Shown: in pieces, positions 1-7,468 of the stretch
How the letters are laid out: each line of letters starts with the position of its first letter
Position numbering within the stretch: the first letter of the stretch is position 1
Origin: Anaerolinea sp.
GTDB lineage: Bacteria; Chloroflexota; Anaerolineae; UBA4142
Assembly (NCBI GenBank): GCA_020722265.1
Contig: DYLA01000003.1
Span: 4,698 to 49,121, forward strand
Reading direction: 5' to 3'
DNA: 44,424 nt
Program-made: the position numbers and the translations under genes
The notes under the pieces: model-generated
What the model was told of the DNA's origin: nothing
Databases searched by the model: none
The model's input: only the letters and a program-made list of their open reading frames with translations

Positions 1-1
1 G

Positions 2-1093
2 ATGATCACGCCAAGTGCGCTCAAAGAACTCGTGGATTTCGACGGGCAAGGACATTCAGTTCTGAGCGTGTACCTGAATACCGATTTGACCCAACACTCG
101 AAAGAAGAGCGTCGGCTCGCGCTCAAGCAAATGCTCGAACCGCTGCGCGAGGGCGGCGCGGATGTCACGCGCGTGACCAAGTTCTTCGACCAGAAGTACG
201 ACTGGCAGTCCAAGGGCGTTGCCGTCTTTACGTGCGCCTCCCTCAAGTTCTGGCGCGAGTTGCGCCTCGCCGTCCCCGTGCTCGACTATGCGAGCGTGGA
301 CGATAAACCGAACGTGCGCTTGTTGACCGATCTGCTGGACGAGTACGAACGCTATGCCGTCGCGCTGGTTGACCGTGACCACGCGCGCTTTTTCGTAATG
401 CAACTGGGCGAGATCGAAGAGTTTGCATACGAACTGCCGGCGACGCCAGGACGGCACAAGCAGGGGGGCTGGAGCGCGGCGCGCTATCAGCGGCACATCG
501 AAACGCTCGCGCTTCAGAATCTCAAGCAGGCAGCGCAACTGACGAACGATTTTTTCAAGAGCCAGAATTGCTCGCGGCTCCTGCTGGCTGGGACCGGCGA
601 TACGCTGGCGCAGTTTCGCGGGTTGTTGCCCAAACCTCTGCGCGAGTCCATCGCAGGCGAGTTTCCGCTGGACATCGAAACGCCGGCGAGCCGCGTGCTG
701 AGCAAGGCGCGCGAGATTCAAGAGCGCGTCGAGCGCGCCCACGAACTCGCGCTGGTCGAACAAGTGAACACTGCCGCGCGAAAAAAACGACCGACAGCGA
801 CATTGGGTTTGGCGGACACGTTGAACGCGTTGATGGAGCGCGCGGTCTATACCCTGGTCGTCGCCTCGGATTGGCGCACCAAAGGGTTCGCGTGCGACCA
901 CTGTGGCTATCTCTCGGCGCAAAGGCTAGCGACTTGTCCGCTGTGCAGCCATTCGATGCGGTCGGTAGATCGCATCGTTGATTTGGCGGTGCGCCGCGCC
1001 ATCGAGTTGGGCAGCCGCGTCGAATTGGTGCACGCGAGCGCGGCGAACAAACTGAAGGAGTGGGGCGGCATTGGCGCGTTGTTGCGGTACTGA
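2..1093 (+). CDS. Archaeo-eukaryotic release factor (aeRF1/Pelota/Vms1)-like protein with C-terminal zinc ribbon
   Basis: ATG at 2, TGA at 1091-1093, 363 aa. The central 'GRHKQGGWSAARYQRH' resembles the eRF1 GGQ-loop region with Q replaced by W. 'CDHCGY...CPLCSH' forms a CxxC..CxxC ribbon. GC3-rich codons. Confidence 0.6.
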   Translation: MITPSALKELVDFDGQGHSVLSVYLNTDLTQHSKEERRLALKQMLEPLREGGADVTRVTKFFDQKYDWQSKGVAVFTCASLKFWRELRLAVPVLDYASVDDKPNVRLLTDLLDEYERYAVALVDRDHARFFVMQLGEIEEFAYELPATPGRHKQGGWSAARYQRHIETLALQNLKQAAQLTNDFFKSQNCSRLLLAGTGDTLAQFRGLLPKPLRESIAGEFPLDIETPASRVLSKAREIQERVERAHELALVEQVNTAARKKRPTATLGLADTLNALMERAVYTLVVASDWRTKGFACDHCGYLSAQRLATCPLCSHSMRSVDRIVDLAVRRAIELGSRVELVHASAANKLKEWGGIGALLRY

Positions 1094-1100
1094 CTCTGGC

Positions 1101-1144
1101 AAGGAGAATTTTCGATGACTCGCCTTGGCGTGGCGGCGTCCTGA
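1101..1144 (+). promoter_or_regulatory. Shine-Dalgarno plus 9-codon mini-ORF (MTRLGVAAS) whose stop overlaps the rhomboid start codon
   Basis: AAGGAGA at 1101-1107, a 7-nt spacer, then ATG at 1115. TGA at 1142-1144 shares its A with the rhomboid ATG at 1144-1146 (UGAUG). The rhomboid ATG has no good SD of its own. Confidence 0.3.
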
Positions 1145-1863
1145 TGATTCCGCTTTCCGATTCGAATCCGACGCGGCGGTTTCCTTTCATGACGTGGACT
1201 CTGATTGCGATCAATGTCGGCGTCTTTTTCTACGAATTATCGCTGCGTCCTTTCGTGCTCGACCGCTTTATTCTCACTTGGGGCGCGGTGCCGACTAACG
1301 TTCTGAACGCGTTGGCGGATCCCTGGAACGCGCCGGTGAGTGTGTGGGCGACGCTCGTCACGTCCCAGTTTTTGCACGGCGGCTGGTTTCACATCCTTGG
1401 CAATATGCTCTATCTGCTCATCTTTGGCGATAACGTCGAAGATGTGCTGGGGCATTTCTCGTATCTGATTTTCTACCTGCTGTGCGGAGTCATTGCGATG
1501 CTGGCGGAATCGGTGATCAAAGGGGCGTCGCGTCTTCCCGCCATTGGAGCGAGCGGCGCGATTGCTGGCGTGCTGGGCGCGTACCTCGTGCTGTACCCGT
1601 GGGCGCGCATTCGGATTTTGGTGCCGCTGGTGATCGTGCTGTGGACGTTTCAGGTGCCGGCGATCATCGTTTTGGGGTGGTGGTTCATCCAACAGTTCTT
1701 CTACGGCACGGCGGCATTGAGTCACGCGGCGGCGAGTGGCATCGCGTTCTGGGCGCACATCGGCGGGTTCGTCGCCGGGATGATCCTCGTCTTGCCCTTC
1801 ATCGGTCGGGTGTACGGCAAACCGCGCGCATCTAACTATCGCGGCTTTGACGACTATATGTGA
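1144..1863 (+). CDS. Rhomboid family intramembrane serine protease
   Basis: The N-terminus 'MIPLSDSNP' is typical of the family. Motifs 'HGGWFHILGNM', 'GASGAIAGVLGAY' (GxSG) and 'AHIGGFVAG' (His), plus multiple TM segments. The longer GTG-1060 ORF would overlap the upstream gene. Confidence 0.9.
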   Translation: MIPLSDSNPTRRFPFMTWTLIAINVGVFFYELSLRPFVLDRFILTWGAVPTNVLNALADPWNAPVSVWATLVTSQFLHGGWFHILGNMLYLLIFGDNVEDVLGHFSYLIFYLLCGVIAMLAESVIKGASRLPAIGASGAIAGVLGAYLVLYPWARIRILVPLVIVLWTFQVPAIIVLGWWFIQQFFYGTAALSHAAASGIAFWAHIGGFVAGMILVLPFIGRVYGKPRASNYRGFDDYM

Positions 1864-1921
1864 CCAATCTTCGACAAGGGGTAGCACCGCAGTAAATCGT
1901 GGACATGGGGGTTCAGGGGTG

Positions 1922-1959
1922 TTGGGGGGGACACCCCCCAAGCCCCCCGCCCTGCGGGG
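1922..1959 (+). terminator. Two GC-only hairpins after the rhomboid gene (possible terminator or structured element, no U-tract)
   Basis: TTGGGGGG(gaca)CCCCCCAA at 1922-1941 and CCCCGC(cct)GCGGGG at 1945-1959. Preceded by G-tracts at 1907-1930. Confidence 0.3.
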
Positions 1960-1975
1960 CATAAGTGCACCAGTT

Positions 1976-2003
1976 TTGACGTCTCCACGATTGAATGTAG
2001 CGT
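1976..2003 (+). promoter_or_regulatory. Candidate sigma70-type promoter of the polysaccharide operon
   Basis: TTGACG (1976-1981), 16-nt spacer, TAGCGT (1998-2003). Lies 28 nt upstream of ATG 2031. Confidence 0.3.
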
Positions 2004-2030
2004 TACCAAACTTAACCTGAAACGTGAAAT

Positions 2031-3074
2031 ATGCTAATCACACGCGCTCCAGTTCGCATCAGTTTTGCCGGTGGCGGCACTGATTTGCCGGCGTACTATA
2101 CGCGGCACGGGGGTGCAGTCGTCAGCACGACGATTGACAAATACTTTTACGTCTTTCTCAACGTCAGCGCGGAGGACGCGATCCAGATCACCTCGTCCGA
2201 TTATCGCACGTTCTATCGGCACGACGCGGATACGCCGTTGCTCTTCGATGGCGATTTGAGTTTGCCGCGCGCGATCTTGAGTCACTTTGGCTTGACGCGC
2301 GGGGTCTCGATGTTTCTCGCTTCCGAGATTCCGCCGGGCACCGGACTGGGGTCGTCTAGTACGGTCACGGTCGCGATCATCAAGGCGGTGACGACGGCGC
2401 GCGGCTTGTTCCTTTCCAAGCAGCAGATCGCGGAACTTGCCTGCCACATCGAAATCGAAAAACTGGGGATGCCGATTGGCAAGCAAGACCAGTACGCCGC
2501 TGCGTTCGGCGATTTGAATTTGATTCGCTTTGCGCGCGACGGTACGACGGTCGAGCCGCTGCGGATTCCGCCGGAGACGCGGCGACAGTTGGAGCGCAAC
2601 CTCCTTCTCTTTTTCACTGGCGCGACGCGCGAGGCGTCTTCGATTCTGCGCGAGCAAAAGGAGGCCTCGGAGCAAAGCGATCCGCGCGTGCTCGACGCGC
2701 TGCACGCGGTCAAGGGGCTGGCGTTCGAGGTGAAGGAGTGTCTGGAGCGTGGCGACCTCGCGCGGTTCGGCCATCTACTCGACCGCGCGTGGCAGAGCAA
2801 AAAGAAATTCGCCGCCGGCGTTTCCAATGCGCGGCTTGACGAGTGCTACGACCTCGCGCGGCAGAACGGCGCGCTCGGCGGCAAGGTGACCGGCGCGGGC
2901 GGCGGTGGATTCTTGATGGTGTACTGCGAGTTGCCACAGCAAGCGGCGGTGACCCAGGCGCTGGAAGCCAAAGGGTTGAAGCGGATGGATTTTCGTTTCG
3001 AGAGTGAAGGCGCGCGCGTCCTGGTCAACGCGGGACTGCGAATCGCAGAGAGCAGTGGGCGGGAGGCGGGATGA
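2031..3074 (+). CDS. hddA: GHMP-family sugar kinase, D-glycero-D-manno-heptose 7-phosphate kinase-like
   Basis: 'RAPVRISFAGGGTDLPAYY' N-terminus, 'PPGTGLGSSS' GHMP motif and 'TGAGGGGF' motif. GmhB-like phosphatase in the same operon. Confidence 0.7.
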   Translation: MLITRAPVRISFAGGGTDLPAYYTRHGGAVVSTTIDKYFYVFLNVSAEDAIQITSSDYRTFYRHDADTPLLFDGDLSLPRAILSHFGLTRGVSMFLASEIPPGTGLGSSSTVTVAIIKAVTTARGLFLSKQQIAELACHIEIEKLGMPIGKQDQYAAAFGDLNLIRFARDGTTVEPLRIPPETRRQLERNLLLFFTGATREASSILREQKEASEQSDPRVLDALHAVKGLAFEVKECLERGDLARFGHLLDRAWQSKKKFAAGVSNARLDECYDLARQNGALGGKVTGAGGGGFLMVYCELPQQAAVTQALEAKGLKRMDFRFESEGARVLVNAGLRIAESSGREAG

Positions 3075-4450
3075 CGGCGCCGCGCAGAGATTCTCTCACA
3101 CTCGTCGCACTCTGGCTCATCGGCGACGCGCTCGCGATCTACGCCGCGCTCAACGTCGCGTTTAGCGTGCGCTATAACTTGGCGGATTGGCTGCCGCTCG
3201 TCGAACGGCTCCAACCGATTACCGAGCGGTACGCGGTGATCATTCCAGCGGCGATTCCGCTGTGGCTTGTTCTGTTCGCGTTCAATCGGCTGTACGACCC
3301 GCGCTATCTGCTCGTTGGTTTGGGAGAGTACGGCAAGGTCGTCGTCGCGTGCTCGTTCGGTGTTTTGGTGCTCATCGTCTTGAGTTTCCTCGAACCGAAC
3401 TTGAGTGTCTCGCGCAGTTGGCTCGTCTTGTGCTGGGCGTTCGCGATTCTCTGGGTCAGCGCGGCGCGCTTTGCGATTCGTCGCGTCGTCGGCTTGGGGC
3501 GGCGGCGCGGGCATTGGCTCACGCGCGCGCTCATCGTCGGCGCGAACGAGCACGCCCGGGCGATTGCGCGGCAACTGATGCCGGCGACGCAGTCCGGCAT
3601 CGAGGTCGTCGGCTTTGTGGACGACTATCTCCCGCTGGATTCGCGCGTGCTCGACGATTTGCGCGTGCTGGAGCGTCCCACCGCGCTGGCGCGCGTGGCG
3701 CGCGAGACCGGCGCGCGGGAGGTGATTGTCGTGCAGGGTGCGATCGCGTGGGAGAGTTTTATGGAGATCATCACGCGCAGCGTGTCCGCGCTCGACGATC
3801 TGGAGATCAAACTTTCGCCCGGCTTTTACGAAATCATGTCCACCGGCGTGCGGCTGACCCACGATGGTTTCGTGCCGCTCCTCGCGCTCGAAAAGAATCG
3901 CATCACCGGCTTCGACGCAGCGCTCAAGGCGTTGCTCGATTATTCCGTCAGTTTGGTTTGCATCGTTCTTGCCAGCCCGCTTCTCGCGCTGGCGGCGATT
4001 CTGGTCAAGATGTCTTCGCCGGGTCCGATTTGGGAGCCGTACCCCGTGTTGGGCGCGAACGAAAAGCCGTTCATCACTTGGAAGTTTCGCACGCGCCGGC
4101 TAGATGCGGAGCAAGATCACGCGTTCGGGCGGTGGTTGTATCGCTTGGGGATTGACAAGTTGCCGCAATTCGTCAGCGTCCTGCGCGGCGAGATGAGTCT
4201 GGTCGGTCCGCGCCCGGTGCCGACGGAGCGCGCGCTGTTGTATCGCGAGTGGCTGCCCACGCTCGCGAGCGTCAAGCCCGGTATCACCGGGCCCTGGGTA
4301 GTTGCCGGCACCGCGATAGATTCGCTCGAGGCGGAGATTCGATTGGACCTGTACTATATTCGCAACTGGACGATCTGGCTCGATCTGCAAATCTTGTTGC
4401 AGACGGTACTGCGGTTGTTTCAGGGAGAGCGGCCGGTGACGGTGAGATGA
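3071..4450 (+). CDS. Polyprenyl-phosphate glycosyl-phosphotransferase (WbaP/EpsB-type priming sugar transferase)
   Basis: ATGA overlap with the upstream stop. N-terminal TM helices, a central 'ALIVGANEHARAIARQL' Rossmann-like segment, and a C-terminal bacterial sugar transferase domain ('KFRTR', 'DKLPQFVSVLRGEMSLVGPRP'). Confidence 0.85.
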   Translation: MTAPRRDSLTLVALWLIGDALAIYAALNVAFSVRYNLADWLPLVERLQPITERYAVIIPAAIPLWLVLFAFNRLYDPRYLLVGLGEYGKVVVACSFGVLVLIVLSFLEPNLSVSRSWLVLCWAFAILWVSAARFAIRRVVGLGRRRGHWLTRALIVGANEHARAIARQLMPATQSGIEVVGFVDDYLPLDSRVLDDLRVLERPTALARVARETGAREVIVVQGAIAWESFMEIITRSVSALDDLEIKLSPGFYEIMSTGVRLTHDGFVPLLALEKNRITGFDAALKALLDYSVSLVCIVLASPLLALAAILVKMSSPGPIWEPYPVLGANEKPFITWKFRTRRLDAEQDHAFGRWLYRLGIDKLPQFVSVLRGEMSLVGPRPVPTERALLYREWLPTLASVKPGITGPWVVAGTAIDSLEAEIRLDLYYIRNWTIWLDLQILLQTVLRLFQGERPVTVR

Positions 4451-4475
4451 CATCAGAGGTCAGAGGTTGAAGGCG

Positions 4476-4622
4476 ATGGGGAGGTGGGCGGTCGTTCGGA
4501 ATTTGGCGTGGTGGGGATGCGTGTCGCTCGTGGCGATGGCTGCGCTGCAAGCGAACGCGCTGCTTGGCTTGGCAGTCGCGGTCGTCGGCGGAGTCGTTTT
4601 GGGCATCTTGTTGTTCCGCTGA
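4476..4622 (+). CDS. Small hydrophobic protein, 48 aa, two predicted TM segments (absent from the ORF track)
   Basis: ATG at 4476 preceded by AGAGG/GAAGG, TGA at 4620-4622. Translation MGRWAVVRNLAWWGCVSLVAMAALQANALLGLAVAVVGGVVLGILLFR. GC3-rich codons. Fills an otherwise empty 179-nt gap inside the operon. Confidence 0.4.
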   Translation: MGRWAVVRNLAWWGCVSLVAMAALQANALLGLAVAVVGGVVLGILLFR

Positions 4623-4629
4623 GGGCCGT

Positions 4630-5190
4630 ATGACGCGACGCGCGATTTTTCTCGACCGCGATGGCGTGATCAACGTCAATCGCTCCGATTACGTGAAATC
4701 GTGGGACGAGTTCGTCTTTCTCCCCAAGGTGTTGGACGCGCTGCGACGGCTGGCGACCAGCGAGTTTCTCGTTATCATCACGACGAATCAGTCGGCGATT
4801 GCGCGCGGGCGGACGACGGAGGAGGCGGTGCGCGACATTCACGCGCGCATGTGCGCGGAGGTGGTGCGCGCCGGAGGACGCATCGACGCGGTCTACTATT
4901 GTCCGCATCAGCCGGAGGATCGGTGCACGTGTCGCAAGCCGCAGCCGGGGTTGTACCAGCGCGCCGCGCGCGAGTTCGAGATTGACCTCACGCGCTCGTT
5001 CGTTGTCGGCGACGCGGAATCGGATGTGGCAGCCGCGCGCGCGATCGGCGCGCGCGCGATTCTCGTGCTCACTGGGCGCGGGCAAGCGCAGCGCGCGGAG
5101 GTCGTCAACAATCATTTCGATTGCGTCGTCGTGGACGATTTGCGCGCGGCGGTCGAGTGGATCGTGGACAATGAGCCAAAGGGCGAATGA
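4630..5190 (+). CDS. gmhB: D,D-heptose 1,7-bisphosphate phosphatase (HAD-IIIA)
   Basis: ATG at 4630 with GAGGG 4 nt upstream. 'IFLDRDGVIN' HAD motif I, 'YYCPHQPEDRCTCRKPQPG' Zn-binding loop typical of GmhB, and 'VVGDAESD'. Confidence 0.8.
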   Translation: MTRRAIFLDRDGVINVNRSDYVKSWDEFVFLPKVLDALRRLATSEFLVIITTNQSAIARGRTTEEAVRDIHARMCAEVVRAGGRIDAVYYCPHQPEDRCTCRKPQPGLYQRAAREFEIDLTRSFVVGDAESDVAAARAIGARAILVLTGRGQAQRAEVVNNHFDCVVVDDLRAAVEWIVDNEPKGE

Positions 5191-6451
5191 GGCATTGAGG
5201 TGGGGGGCGCGGGGGCTGGCGCGGCTGGAAATCGTCGCGCTGGCGGTAATCTATTTCTATTTCATCGTCACGGACAGCGTGCCGCTGGTCGCGTTCGGGT
5301 TGATTGGGCTGATGTGGCTGGCGCGGTGGGTTGCCACCGGGCGCGTGACGCGTTCGACCCGCTTCGATTTGCCGATTCTGCTTTTGATCGCGTGGGTGCT
5401 GGTCAGTTATTCCGTTTCGATTAGCCCTTGGCAGAGCCAGCCGAAAGTCTATGGCGTGCTTTTGAGCGCGCTCTTTTTCTATGCCATCGTCAACCACATC
5501 ACGACGCGGCGCGATCTGGCGTGGGCGATCTTTTGGCTCGCGCTCGTTTGTCTCGCGATCGCGCTGGCGGGTTTGGTGGGCACGGATTGGGCGCAGGGGA
5601 AGATCGTCTCCGCGTCGTTCCTCTACGATCGCTTGCCGAGATTCATTCAAGGCATCCCGCGTTCGATTGCCGGCGGCTTTGCGCGGAATGGCGTCGGTGG
5701 GACGTTGACGCTCACGATTCCATTGCTGGCGGCACTGGTTGCAAGTCAATCCTCGGAGAATGATTCCCTGATGGCTGACCGCGCGCCGTTGTTCACTATC
5801 GTCGTGTGGGTGGCTTTGGCATCGAGTCTCGTCACGCTCGCGTTGACGCAATCGCGCGGTGGGATTCTGGGAACGCTCGTCGGTTTGTTCGGCGTCGCGG
5901 TCTGGCGCGAGCGGCGCGTGGCGTGGTTGGTCGTGCTCGGCGCGCTCGGCTTGTTGGGCGCGCTGGGGCTGGGGTATGGCAACGCGCTGCTCGATTTTGT
6001 GCTGCGGATGGACGCGCAGAGCGGTACGCTGGCGAGCCGGCTGGAGGTGTGGCAGCGCGGCGTGATGATGGTGCAGGATTTTGCGTACACCGGCATCGGC
6101 ATCGGCACGTACAATCAGATGGCGCATTTGTTTTATCCGTTTTTCATCGCCGCGCCGGACGAAGTGGTGCCGCACGCGCATAACCATCTCCTTGAGGTCG
6201 CGGTGGACGTTGGGATTCCCGGCTTGATTGCCTACGTGGCGCTCCTGACCGGCTTTTTCGTCGGCGCGGCGCGCGCGTACCGCACGGCGGATGGCGGCGG
6301 GCGCGCCCGGATGGTTGGACTGGCGTGCGGGATGCTGGCGCACCAAACGTTCGGCTTGACCGACGCGTTCATTCTGGGTACCAAGCCGGGGGTATTGATG
6401 TGGGTGTATCTGGCGTTGGTGGCGAGAGAAATGGGCAGTGAGAAAGAATGA
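5171..6451 (+). CDS. O-antigen ligase / polymerase-like (Wzy_C) membrane protein
   Basis: ATG at 5171, overlapping the gmhB end by 20 nt. About 10 TM segments and 'PHAHNHLLEVAVDVGIPGL', typical of the Wzy_C loop. The upstream part of ORF 4799-6451 overlaps gmhB in another frame. Confidence 0.75.
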   Translation: MSQRANEALRWGARGLARLEIVALAVIYFYFIVTDSVPLVAFGLIGLMWLARWVATGRVTRSTRFDLPILLLIAWVLVSYSVSISPWQSQPKVYGVLLSALFFYAIVNHITTRRDLAWAIFWLALVCLAIALAGLVGTDWAQGKIVSASFLYDRLPRFIQGIPRSIAGGFARNGVGGTLTLTIPLLAALVASQSSENDSLMADRAPLFTIVVWVALASSLVTLALTQSRGGILGTLVGLFGVAVWRERRVAWLVVLGALGLLGALGLGYGNALLDFVLRMDAQSGTLASRLEVWQRGVMMVQDFAYTGIGIGTYNQMAHLFYPFFIAAPDEVVPHAHNHLLEVAVDVGIPGLIAYVALLTGFFVGAARAYRTADGGGRARMVGLACGMLAHQTFGLTDAFILGTKPGVLMWVYLALVAREMGSEKE

Positions 6452-6454
6452 GGA

Positions 6455-7468
6455 ATGAGAGAGGGAAGGCGAGTGCGGTTCTGGGATTCGACTTGGGTTC
6501 GCGCGACGGTCGGCACGCTCATCAGCATCGTTTTTTTGGTGCTGGCGGTCAAAGATGTGCCGCTGGGTGAGGTGGCGCAGACACTCGCGCGCGCGAATTA
6601 CGCGTGGGTGCTGCTCGGCGTTGCAGGGATGATCGTGCAGTCGTGGCTGCGGGCGGTGCGCTGGATTCGATTGTACTATCCGGCGCAAGGCGGACTGCGC
6701 GTGGGGCAGATGCTGGGTATCGTGATGGTGAGCCAGATGCTCAACATCGTCATCCCGTGGCGCGTGGGCGAGTTGGCGCGCATTTACCTCGCCGGCGAAA
6801 TCGAAAAGCAGAGCAAGACCCAGACGCTGGCGACGCTCGGCATCGAGAAGATTTTCGATACGCTGATGTTGCTCTCGCTCCTCTTTATCATTCCGCCATT
6901 TATGACGCTGCCGGCGTGGTTGGAGCGTCCGCGCGAAGGGATTATCACGCTGGCGGTCGCGCTGTTCGCCGTGGCGTTCTTGCTTTTGCTGGTACGGAAT
7001 CGGCTCCTGGGCTGGCTGGGTCGCTTCACGCTGCCGTGGAGCCAAAAGAGTGTAGCGGAATTTGCGCGCCTCGCGCTGGAGAGTCTCGATGTGTTCAAGC
7101 GCTGGGAGAGGCTGCTCGCGCTGCAAACGCTCTCCGCGCTGGTCTGGCTCGTTGGCATCGTCATCAACTATCTCGCGTTTCTCGCACTCGGCTTGTCGCT
7201 GCCGTTCGTCGCCGCGTTCTTGCTGATGGCGGTGCTGCAGGTCGGCGGCATCGTGCCGTCGTCGCCGGGCAAGGTGGGCGTGTTTCAGTACTTGTGCATC
7301 GTGACGCTCGCGCTTTTTGGGGTGGACAAGAGCGTGGGCTTGAGTTACGGGATTTTGCTCTATCTCATCGCCTACGGAACGCCGGTCGTTTGCGGCATTC
7401 TGTTTATGTGGTGGAGCGGCGTCAATCTGCGACGCATCCCGGTAGAATCGAATGAGGGGGCTCGATGA
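6455..7468 (+). CDS. Flippase-like / lysyl-phosphatidylglycerol-synthase TM-domain (UPF0104) membrane protein
   Basis: Starts 4 nt after the previous stop. Polytopic, with the 'WLRAVRWIRLY' signature region common in this family. Usually paired with a GT2, as it is here. Confidence 0.7.
   Translation: MREGRRVRFWDSTWVRATVGTLISIVFLVLAVKDVPLGEVAQTLARANYAWVLLGVAGMIVQSWLRAVRWIRLYYPAQGGLRVGQMLGIVMVSQMLNIVIPWRVGELARIYLAGEIEKQSKTQTLATLGIEKIFDTLMLLSLLFIIPPFMTLPAWLERPREGIITLAVALFAVAFLLLLVRNRLLGWLGRFTLPWSQKSVAEFARLALESLDVFKRWERLLALQTLSALVWLVGIVINYLAFLALGLSLPFVAAFLLMAVLQVGGIVPSSPGKVGVFQYLCIVTLALFGVDKSVGLSYGILLYLIAYGTPVVCGILFMWWSGVNLRRIPVESNEGAR

Noticed and set aside
1237-1962. 241-aa minus-strand ORF overlapping the rhomboid gene and the G/C-tract element
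   Set aside because: It is antisense to a gene with all rhomboid catalytic motifs. Its N-terminus is simply the translation of the G/C hairpin region.
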